DNA from: Tubiluchus corallicola
Lineage: Eukaryota > Animalia > Priapulida
NCBI GenBank assembly: GCA_030141605.1
Contig: JAQGDQ010000773.1
Location: forward strand, 1-64,000
Length of the DNA: 64,000 nucleotides
Direction: 5' to 3'
A program made the translations under genes and the position numbers. The number at the start of each line of letters is the position of its first letter. Position 1 is the first letter of the stretch. Of the stretch, positions 1-12,100 are shown piece after piece. The notes below the pieces were generated by a model. It worked only from the letters and a program-made list of their open reading frames with translations. It made no database searches and was not told the DNA's origin.

Positions 1-192
1 TTGATCTTTGTAACTTTGAATCTTAAAATTGTAGCTTTGAACATTAAAGAGGTGCTTGCATCTTAGATGGCCCCTTATCCTTTGCGCAGGAAGTTACTTG
101 TGTCAGCTTAACAAAAAAACGTGTTCGATCAACCCAAGGTAGTATTTTCATTACAAAGAATGGGTTCCGATAGTAAGTCGTTTTTGTTGCAG

Positions 193-3100
193 TTGTGAAC
201 CTACCAAAAACTGGCTACAATCATTTGACTACACAAAGTACCAGAAAAGTGAATCTGAAGCCAGACGCCTGCGAAACATTGGCAATGATTACTTCAGGAA
301 AAGGGATCATGAACTTGCTAAGGAGTACTATACCCAGGTATAGGCGCTGTATAATATTACAGTTGAGTCAACAAAAGTCATACATGTGGCATTTAACTGG
401 AGCTCATTCGAGCAACTTCCTTGGCTTTTATAAGGCCATTATGAAGCTGGAATTATTTATTTGACTATAATCTTGTTCGGTCTAAGCAAATTTAAACATT
501 TAGAGGTTAAAATCTGTTATTCTATCTATTTCAGAGCATTCTGGCTGCACCGGATGACGGAGCAGAATTGGCTCTAGCATACGGAAACCGGTCTGCTGTT
601 TACTTTGAACTGGATTCGTACGAGGTGTGTTTATTTGAAAATCAGATTTTCGTTATGGCTTTGTAGACTGTATACAGCATTCGACATTAGCACTTATGAA
701 GCTGGTTGTGCTGGTATCAGTACTTATTTCTCTATCAGCACTGAAACTACAGTGGTACGTTGGCTATGTTCTGATGCATGCATTTTTCTTCTATGAGGAA
801 CAGTTTTCCTAATGGTCACCAACTCATTTCCTGACCAAGCTTGGTGCTGCCTTACTTCGGTTATAAAATACCAAATTTGTGATTTGAGATTTTAGTTTAT
901 TGAAAAAGTGTAAAAATCAGGACTAGTGGGAAACTTTTTAGGTTAGACAATTAACTATGACATTTTGATTGATGTGACTTACATCTTACTGTTATAAGAC
1001 TAAAAATGGAGCAAACAAAAACACCTCTAAAGATAAACATGTTTGAAAGGACAAAAAACTCGACAAACATTGTTTTAAAATCTACGAATAATCTCTGTTT
1101 ATGTAAAGCAGTGTTTTCCATACTACTAGGAATTCTTCTTTCTTCCCAGCTTTTCCCTATGCGGGGTCGCCGTTGTGAATGAGTTTTCTCCGCGCATTCC
1201 TGTTGTTGAACACCTCTTCATTTATGTTCTTCTCTCTAAGGTCTCCATTAATAACATTCAATCCATCTCCGCTTGGGTCGTCCTCTTCTTCTATTTCCCA
1301 ACACCTCCATTTCTATGACCTCCCTTCCCACATGATCTTCACCGACTCTTCTTTTCAGGTGTCCATACCATCGCAATCTTGCGAGGCTTCCACTACTTTT
1401 ACTGTTCCTCTAATATTATTATTTCTAATTGTTCCTCTTACTACTAGGAATGTTTGGAAGATATATGTAATGCTCTCTCATGCGGGTATCCGCGGAATTC
1501 GCAACACAGATTGTACCAAAGACAGGCCAAGTGCTACATGAAAAATGCTGTATCTTCGTTGGAAAAAGCTTTGGAGGCGGTGGAGTTGAGCAGTTCGTTA
1601 GAAAGCGGTAAAAAAGGTAAACCGTGTTTAATAAAGCATCAGCATAAATATTAGTAACTGCATATAAAGGCCAGTTAGGTCTGATGACTTAACAACTCTT
1701 GTTGCAATTAAACTTGAAGCTGTTTTTGAGTGCAGCTAAAGGATACCGTAAACTGCGCATAACTCAAATCCAACTGTACTGAAAAAAACTTTGAGTTTGA
1801 CATTATTGACTGCCTCCAGATGGCGAGCTAAATAGAAGGCACAAAATGGATGAATATACACAATCCTGGAGAAAATACTTGGGGGGAGGGGGGCACGACT
1901 TGTAAGACATTATCATCAAAATTTTTCCAGAAGACAATGCTGTTTTTTAGTTGTACGAAACTTTTTATTTTTCTAGAGTATAAATTGCATTTTTGAGTTA
2001 GGCGAAGGAAATTACATATATTTTGATTAAATGGACCATAATTTTTTATTTGAGTTAGGCGAAATTTTGAGTTAAGCGAAATTTTGAGTTAAGCGATGTT
2101 TTTTGTGGGAAAAACGAAGGATTTTATCCGTTCCGCTGAAATTCTTTGAGTTAGGTGAAAATTTGAGTTATGCGATTTTGAGTTGCACGGAGTTTTCTGT
2201 ATTTCATTTAACATTCTGCTGATACTCATTTTCAATAAGGAATACTTTTATGGGCATTACCTAGATGCCCTTTCGTCATGCTGTTGTGAAACTTTTTGAT
2301 TCATTATCACATGAATATTGAAATAAAAGAAACGTGTGTTTGTGTTGACGACAACATGTACATTTTTCAGTGAGTATCACCCGCCGGCGGCCCGGCAGTT
2401 GCGTCTTCGGGAGACTATTATCGTTTTGTTTTCTTTTGTGAATTCACAAAATGTGCGATGCTGATTTTCCAAAAAAAGTACAAATAAACATTAGCAAAAA
2501 ATCATTTGTTGTTTTTAATGCATATTTTCAGAGAGCGTTAAACTGGAATTGACTAACGTTTTGGAAAAATTAAAATCTGAAGTGAGAACTGGGTAAATGA
2601 CTTTTTATTATTAATTTCACTTTTAATTTAATTTCTTTCTCCAATTTTTCTTTGCCGAAGATGCACAAACATTCTTTAGCTTTTGTTTTTCTGTTACGTA
2701 TGTCTGGTATTGCAGTTTTAGCAACAGTTAGCAACAATTTAACAACAATGATAAAAGAAATAGATGATTTGTGCCAATTTTAGTACTTTTGTTATTTTAG
2801 CAGATTTAACCATTTTTCAAGATTACCTAACAGCCGAACAGGTTGATTTTCTGTTTTTGCCTTTGTAGCTATAGATTTGAAAGAAATATTGGGCAACAGC
2901 AGATGCGTTTAGAACCCCGTGATGGTTTCCATGGCAAAATTTCGGCTGCATCGAAGGCACTAGAAATTAAACAGAGCGAGGCACAGGGACGGTATATTGT
3001 GGTAAGAAAATGTACTTAATTATGGTCCTTTAATTTGCATCATTAGCAGAAGCAGAATTGTTCCTTACATATAAATATGTTACGATTAAATGGAGTGGAA

Positions 3101-6100
3101 GAGAGAGAGAAGAGAGAAAGAAAGGAGGTTGTAAAGAGAAAGACAGAAGAAGCAAAGAAAGAGAGAGAGGCCGAGCGGGGAGGGTGTGAGACAGAGCTAG
3201 AGATATGTAGAATGATGGATGGAGGGAAGAGAGAGAAGAGAGAAGGAGAGAAGGTTGTAAAGAGAAAGAGAAAGACAAAAGAAACAAAGAAAGAGAGAGA
3301 GACCGAGAGGGGAGGGTGTGAGACAGAGCTAGAGATATGTAGAATGATGGATGGAGGGAAGTGAGAGTAGAGAGAAGGAAAAAAGATTGTAAAGAGGACA
3401 GAAGAAACAAAGAGAGAGAGACCCGAGAGGGGAGAGAAAGACTGATTAGGTCACCTAATAAAACAACTGTATCTTTCCTACGATTGCGATGTACAGTATG
3501 TGCTGTCGCAAAAATTGAATAGAAATGCATTTGACTTTGCCATTAGAAATCCAAACTTTTTCAGACAAATCGCAGGATATCTGCTGGAGATGTGCTGTTT
3601 GTTGAGAAGCCATATGCATCAGTTTTACTGCCTCATCAGTATGCTAACCGTTGCCATAACTGTTACCGTGTCCTCAAACTTACGTATGGGTAAGTATGAT
3701 TAATTATGTCATTGTTTCTGGGAGTGAGAACTAAATTCAACCCCTGTGTTTGTATACTATAGCAGCTTGAGTACTATTCAACTACTAAATGTAATTAATA
3801 TACAATAATATTTGAGCATAAAATTTCATGTAGGGCGTTAACAGTCTCCTAAGTGATTAAGGTTCAATGACTGGATGACCACTGGGCAGTAATGTCCAGC
3901 AGACAGTCTCCGGGCATTTGTCACATGCCAAATCTAATTCTGTCGTCTGTGTGCTTGGCTGAATACGTCCACTGGGAGACAAAAGTCGACACAGGCGTGA
4001 AGCAGACATTCTATAGTTAATGCCATATTGGCTTTGTTTAAAAATCAGTGATAATTTTAAGTGAAATCAAGTTCTGTTTACATAACGTCATTATTTGTGC
4101 ACTATGTGAAACTTAGTCACACTGTGCATGTCACCATATGTTTAAGATGAAACTAAAGCATCAGTTTTTGAACAAGTCATCAAAAACGGAAAACACTGAC
4201 ACTTTTGTTCAATATAATACATAGGCGCCACTTAATAGACTCACTTTGGGACGGAATTGTTTTGACCCAATTGACCAACTGGGTCAATTAGCCGAACGGT
4301 TTAGCGTAGCACTACTATACAAGCACGAGTCATCATTCATCACCTTGGTATGCATTCCAAAGGCTTTAAGTGAATTTTAGAAACGAATTAACGTCAAAAA
4401 TGGTTATGTGGAATTATTTAAGAAACATAATAAGTGAATTAATAAAAAAAAAAGAAAAAATAGCAAAAATCTGATTATTATTTACCATTAAAAATTACAA
4501 AAATTCATGCAAGGTCGGTTGTTTCATTTCTTCACGAAGAAGTTGCTTTATGAAATCCTCATAGTGATAAAAACATTGAAAACCCGTTACTGTATACAGC
4601 ACACATTCATGCAGAACACCTAGTCACCTAGTGCTTGAACTGCAGTTGGTGATGGCCTTGTTTCCCCTGCGAAAAGCAGCGGGAACTTCAAAAGCGAACC
4701 GCTGGACAAGTGATTAAATGTTTAACTTCCGGAAACAACAAGGTTAACTGCAGTGGACAAGCGGGTGACAGATTCAAAGCAAAACTGCTAAGGTAGCATA
4801 TTAGCACATATGATAAACATGCTGTACCTGTTTACAAACAAAACTGTATTTAACATGATTGTTTCTACACATACTATTGTGAAAAAAATCGATGTAAAGA
4901 TGACATAAAAGCAGCAAAAGCTCTTTGGTTACACACTTGTATCTTATTTTAAGTGCGTGAAGTAAAAATATTGAGTCAATTATGCCGAGTTATTTGGGTC
5001 AATTACTGACAGTTTCACGTACATTTGAATAGGAGCGGCCCGTACTAGACATTTTTGAGTCAACTAAGCGACTAAGTCTTTTAACCGTGAGTCTAAGAAA
5101 TGGCACCTACTGTATTGTGTTTGTTATATTGTACATCAGACAAATGTGTAACTGTTCTGTAGCTTATGTCTATTTTGAAACAGTGTCTGACTGATATGCC
5201 ACTTGTGGCGTCTACTGTCAGAGGTTGGATGCTGAGCTAACGTTTTATATTTGTTTTAGTTGCAGGCATTGTACACAAGTGCGATATTGCAGCAAGTCTT
5301 GTAGAGACGCAGCGTGGGACGTCTATCACAAATATGAATGTATGAAATTAGATGTACTTGACCAGGTAAGAAGTCCCAATCTGGAGTAGTGCTTCGAGTT
5401 TGTAGTGAGTATTAACGGGTTGCGTTTTTACTTGAACTAGATCTGAAAATTGAGATCTAAACTTCGTCTACACCAGTTTTTGTTTAACATTAAAACTAAA
5501 AACTAAGTCACACATGAAGATGTATGTTTTAATCACAACAGGACACGATGCCTGGATTCTTTATGACTTTTTAGTTTCACCAGTAAATAGCACCCTCACC
5601 CCACATTCTGTTCTATCTCATTAATACTCCATGCAGTTCATTTCTACTTACCACCAAAGTCAAACGAAACAAAATTTAGCATGTTGAAATTTTGCTGTGT
5701 CTAAACAAATATGCATGATTTTAGAAGTCGCAGTAATTTTACACTTGTTAAAAGCCTTTGAAGAATTCATAAATTTCGTAAAGCAAACAAGTATTTTAAT
5801 TTTAGGTGGGAATTGCTCACTTAGCCTACAGAATAGTATTAAGAACCGGATTATCATGTTTGCTAGGTACGTATACAAATCATTATAATTATCAGAAACC
5901 GTCACTTGGTTAAGTAACCAGTTTTTACTAATTTATTCAGACTAGAAATCAAGAGGTAAAATTAAACGAAGAAAGGATGATTTTTCATGTACTACCCCAT
6001 TTTCAAGTCTGATAAAAAGTTTACATTTTAACCCAGTTAATACTGCAAAACAGTTTCTGATAATTAAATAAAAAGTTAAAAACTTAATTAACGGCGGGTA

Positions 6101-9100
6101 AGCCTAACTAGTGATAAACTAACATAATTTTCAACAGCAAAAATATTCCACGAGCGTATTGCACGCGTTTGCGAAAGCGAAAATTGAAGTACAGTGCTAG
6201 TAAAGCTAGGCAAGTTTTAAGATAAAAATTCAGATTTCAGATTTACTGCTGTGCTCATGCATAAGCTGTCAAACTTGTGTAGTTCATCACAAATTAATGC
6301 ATCTGAACTGAGAGGTACAGCACCTGTTTTTGTGACAACGCGTTTCCGAAATGCAGGCGCTAGTGCAGTCTAACTAGAGATTGGTGTAATGCATGTAACA
6401 GCGAAAAACTAGTGGCGCGAACGTAAAATTATGTTTGTGTGGTAGTAATTCTTTCACATTTTTGGAAAAATAGTGTTTCCTTTCATTATTTTACAGAGTA
6501 GATTGTTTTGACCTACAGTTTAAGATTGGGTCCAGTTTGGCTTCCTACAGTTTAAGATTGGGTCCAGTTTGGCTTCCTACAGTTTAAGATTGGGTCCAGT
6601 TTGGCTTCCTACAGTTTAAGATTGGGTCCACTTTGGCTTCCTACAGTTTAAGATTGGGTCCAATTTGGTTTCCTACAGTTTAAGATTGGGTCCAGTTTGG
6701 CTTCCTACAGTTTAAGATTGGGTCCACTTTGGCTTCCTACAGTTTAAGGTTGGGTCCAGTTTGGCTTCAACTATAATTATTGCTGCTGTGACATTTCAGA
6801 TTTTAAATCTACGGTGTTGGAAGATGAACGTCAACAAAAACAAAAACCTGACATGACTGGTTGTCGTAACGGTTTTTACAACAATGCTTACTACACCGTA
6901 TATCATTTAGTGACTCACGCAGAAGATATGAATTCTGCTGACCAGTTACTCTTCACGATTGTAAGTAATCACCGAGTTAATGTGCTTGGAATATAATTAT
7001 TAAAATTTTGAATTCCTGCCATTTTAATTGTCACAGTACTGGTTTCAACTGAGGCCTTTCTATTGTCACAGTACTGGTTTCAATTGAGGCCTTTCCATTG
7101 CCACAGTACTGGTTTCAATTAAGGCCTTTCTATTGTCACAGTACTGGTTTCAATTGAGGCCTTTCTATTGTCACAGTACTGGTTTCAATTAAGGCCTTTC
7201 TATTGTCACAGTACTGGTTTCAATTGAGGCCTTTCTATTGTCACAGTACTGGTTTCAATTGAGGCCTTTCTATTGTCACAGTACTGGTTTCAATTGAGGC
7301 CTTTCTATTGTCACAGTACTGGTTTCAATTGAGGCCTTTCTATTGTCACAGTACTGGTTTCAATTGAGGCCTTTATATTGTCACAGTACTGGTTTCAATT
7401 GAGGCCTTTATATTGTCACAGTACTGGTTTCAACTTAGGCCTTTCTATTGTCACAGCACTGGTTTCAATTGAGGCCTTTCTATTGTCACAGTACTGGTTT
7501 CAATTGAGGCCTTTCCATTGTCACAGTACTGGTTTCAATTGAGGCCTTTCTTTTGTCACAGTACTGGTTTCAATTGAGGCCTTTCTATTGTCACAGTACT
7601 GGTTTCAATTGAGGCCTTTCTATTGTCACAGTACTGGTTTCAATTGAGGCCTTTCTATTGACACAGTACTGGTTTCAATTGAGGCCTTTCTATTGTCACA
7701 GTACTGGTTTCAATTGAGGCTTTCTATTGTCACAGTACTGGTTTCAATTGAGGCCTTTCTATTGTCACAGTACTGGTTTCAATTGAGGCCTTTCTATTGT
7801 CACAGTACTGGTTTCAATTGAGGCCTTTCTTTTGTCACAGTACTGGTTTCAATTGAGGCCTTTCTATTGTCACAGTACTGGTTTCAATTGAGGCCTTTAT
7901 ATTGTCACAGTACTGGTTTCAATTGAGGCCTTTATATTGTCACAGTACTGGTTTCAACTGAGGCCTTTCTATTGTCACAGTACTGGTTTCAATTGAGGCC
8001 TTTCCATTGTCACAGTACTGGTTTCAATTGAGGCCTTTCCATTGTCACAGTACTGGTTTCAATTGAGGCCTTTCCATTGTCACAGTACTGGTTTCAATTG
8101 AGGCCTTTCCATTGTCACAGTACTGGTTTCAATTGAGGCCTTTCCATTGTCACAGTACTGGTTTCAATTGAGGCCTTTCTATTGTCACAGTACTGGTTTC
8201 AATTGAGGCCTTTCTATTGTCACAGTACTGGTTTCAATTGAGGCCTTTCTATTGTCACAGTACTGGTTTCAATTGAGGCCTTTCTATTGTCACAGTACTG
8301 GTTTCAATTGAGGCCTTTCTATTGTCACAGTACTGGTTTCAATTGAGGCCTTTCTGTGTTTTATGCTTTTTATTTCAGCAGGTTCACTAAATCCTCGCTT
8401 AACGACATCCCATTTTGTGACTAATCGTTTTAACAGACAATGAAATCTTCCCACCCATTTTCTCATGTATCAAGGAATGATTTTAACGACGATTTTCCTA
8501 TTCTACATGTTTAACATTCTGTCATTTTAACGGCAGGCTTGCCGAATTCCAAACAGCAGCTGGTAAGACAAATGTTATGTACAGAAATAAGTTTAAGTAA
8601 CGCAGTATAGCAAGTAAAACTGGTAAATTGTTGATATGTTACTATTATTATTTTATATCATTGCACCATAACAGATACAGCCATACACACATATGCACAA
8701 AATATAACAAGAAATATTTAGTATAAACACACACACGAAAAAGAAATAAACAATTTACAAAAATGAGGCAGTACATATCATTAATTTTTCTTGTTATTCA
8801 CTGATAATCTTGAAAACATGTTAAATACATTAATAAATAGCTTCTTAACGTTCACGTTACCAATTCTCATAGATACATCATACTTTCTTCTTAAGTGACA
8901 ATAACTATTGTTAGTTAAATACATCATTAATTGAACATTATCGATCCCGAGTTTTTAATTTCTTTTAAAAATTTAATTTTCTACAATCAATTAGAAAGTT
9001 TGCAGGCATAGTACCACTGAATTCATTAAGACATGGACACTCAGTATATCAGTAAAAACTTTCTTAGGAAATTATGTTTCCTAGAAATAGATATCAGTGA

Positions 9101-12100
9101 CGCAAGGCAACTGCACAGCTCTGTAAAGATTTATCACAGCAAAGCAACTGCACAGCACTGTAAAGATTCATCACAGCAAAGCAACTGCACAGCACTGTAA
9201 AGATTCATCACAGCAAAGCAACTGCACAGCACTGTAAAGATTCACACAGCAAAGCAACTGCACAGCACTGTAAAAATTCATCACAGCAAAGCAACTGCAC
9301 AGCACTGTAAAGATTCATTACAACAAAGAAATTGTACAGCACTGTGAAGATTCACCACAGCAAAGAAACTGCACAACACTGTGAAGATTCATCACAGCAA
9401 AGCAACTGCCCAGCACTGTAAAGATTCATCACAGCAAAGCAACTGCACAGCACTGTAAAGATTCATCACAGCAAAGCAACTGCACAACATTGTAAAGATT
9501 CATCACAGCAAAACAACTGCACAGCACTGTGAAGATTCATCACAGCAAAGAAACTGCACAGCACTGTGAAGATTCATCACTGCAAAGAAATTGCACAGCA
9601 TTGTAAAGATTCATCACTGCAAAGAAACTGCACAGCACTGTAAAGATTTATCACAGCAAAGCAACTGCACAGCACTGTAAAGATTCATCACTGCAAAGAA
9701 ACTACACAGCACTGTAAAGATTTATCACAGCAAAGCAACTGCACAGCACTGTAAAGATTTATCACAGCAAAGCAACTGCACAGCACTGTGAAGATTCATC
9801 ACAGCAAAGAAACTGCACAGCATTGTAAAGATTCATCACTGCAAAGAAACTGTACAGCACTGTAAAGATTCATCACTGCATAGAAATTGCACAGCATTGT
9901 AAAGATTCATCACTGCAAAGAAACTGCACTGCACTGTGAAGATTCATCACAGCAAAGAAACTGCACAGCATTGTAAAGATTCATCACTGCAAAGAAACTG
10001 CACAGCACTGTAAAGATTCATCACTGCATAGAAATTGCACAGCATTGTAAAGATTCATCACTGCAAAGAAACTGCACTGCACTGTGAAGATTCATCACAG
10101 CAAAGAAACTGCACAGCATTGTAAAGATTCATCACTGCAAAGAAACTGCACAGCACTGTAAAGATTCATCACTGCATAGAAATTGCACAGCATTGTAAAG
10201 ATTCATCACTGCAAAGAAACTGCACTGCACTGTGAAGATTCATCACAGCAAAGAAACTGCACAGCATTGTAAAGATTCATCACTGCAAAGAAACTGCACA
10301 GCACTGTAAAGATTCATCACTGCAAAGAAACTGCACAGCACTGTAAAGATTCATCACTGCAAAGAAACTGCACAACACTGTAAAGATTCATCACTGCAAA
10401 GAAACTGCACAACACTGTGAAGATTCATCACTGCAAAGAAATTGCACAGCACTGTAAAAATTCATTACATCAAAGAAATTGCACAGCACTTAAAAATTCA
10501 TTACAGCAAAGAAATTCTTCCATTGAGCAATGAAGCCAACTTTCGGGGTGCTATCTGAACCCATAAGTTTTATAGATTTTCTTGTTACTTTTGAATTACT
10601 GCATAGCTAAGAAAAGTTATTCTTGATAAAAAGAATTTCATGAGGGCCATGAGGCTTGTCAAAACTGCACCATTTTTGTGTGTCTTTTAGACAGCTGGGT
10701 TCTTGCTGAAACTTCTCGACGACTCCGGTTTCTTCAATGTTGATTCTCTGCAGTTAGAAGATAAATTGTACATAGGTAAGTTAGAAGATAAATTGTACAT
10801 AGGTGAGTTACAAGATAAATTGTACATAGGTGAGTTAGAAGATAAATTGTACATAGGTAAGTTAGTAAATAAATTGTGCATAGGTAAGTTAGTAGATAAA
10901 CTGTGCATAGATAGGTTAGTAGATAAATTGTACATAGGTAAGATAGAAGATAAATTGTACATAGGTAAGTTAGAAGATAAATTGTACTTAGGTGAGTTAC
11001 AAGATAAATTGTACATAGGTGAGTTAGAAGATAAATTGTACATAGGTGAGTTAGAAGATAAATTGTACATAGGTAAGTTAGTAAATAAATTGTGCATAGG
11101 TAAGTTAGTAGATAAACTGTGCATAGATAGGTTAGTAGATAAATTGTACATAGGTAAGATAGAAGATAAATTGTACATAGGTAAGTTAGTAGATAAATTG
11201 TACTTAGGTAAGTTAGTAGATAAATTGTACATAGGTAAGTTAGTAGATAAATTGTACTTAGGTAAGTTAGTAGATAAATTGTACATAGGTAAGTTAGTAG
11301 ATAAATTGTACATAGGTAAGTTAGAAGATAAATTGTACATAGGTAAGTTAGTAGATAAATTGTACATAGGTAAGTTAGAAGATAAATTGTACATAGGTGA
11401 GTTAGAAGATAAATTGTACTTAGGTAAGTTAGAAGATAAATTGTACATAGGTGAGTTAGTAGATAAATTGTACTTAGGTAAGTTAGTAGATAAATTGTAC
11501 ATAGGTAAGTTAGTAGATAAATTGTACATAGGTAAGTTAGTAGATAAATTGTACATAGGTAAGTTAGAAGATAAATTGTACATAGGTAAGTTAGAAGATA
11601 AATTGTACATAGGTAAGTTAGAAGATAAATTGTACATAGGTAAGTTACAAGATAAATTGTACATAGGTAAGTTAGAAGATAAATTGTACATAGGTAAGTT
11701 AGAAGATAAATTGTACATAGGTAAGTTAGAAGATAAATTGTACATAGGTGAGTTACAAGATAAATTGTACATAGGTAAGTTAGAAGATAAATTGTACATA
11801 GGTAAGTTAGTAGATAAATTGCACATAGGTAAGTTAACTTGCTCTCCTGTTATTATATCTCAAGGTGACATTGTAATTTGCATAGTTTTTAATCAGCTTA
11901 TTTTACATGCACAACAGTGGCAGCTCATGCATAGGCACTGTGGAGCTGCACCACTCCTACTTTCACTCGATATTATCAATAATATTCAATATAATCAAGC
12001 CGTTTTTCTTTAGTTCTTTTTTTATACTTGTACGGAAGCAGAGCACATGAGGGTAGTACTGTTTGCTTCACAGCCCAGCACAGTGCACTCCAGCACACAT

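Noticed and set aside
3030-3530. Ser/Leu-rich and Glu/Arg-rich ORFs
   Set aside because: GA/TC low-complexity intronic repeat.
7028-10515. Regular 35-37 bp repeats as CRISPR arrays
   Set aside because: The units are head-to-tail with no unique spacers, there are no cas genes, and the context is a eukaryotic intron.
10687-11826. 379-aa minus-strand ORF (MYNLSSNLP repeats)
   Set aside because: Antisense reading of the 27-bp array; it is open only because the unit is 3n and stop-free. For the same reason, openness of the + frame is not by itself evidence of selection.
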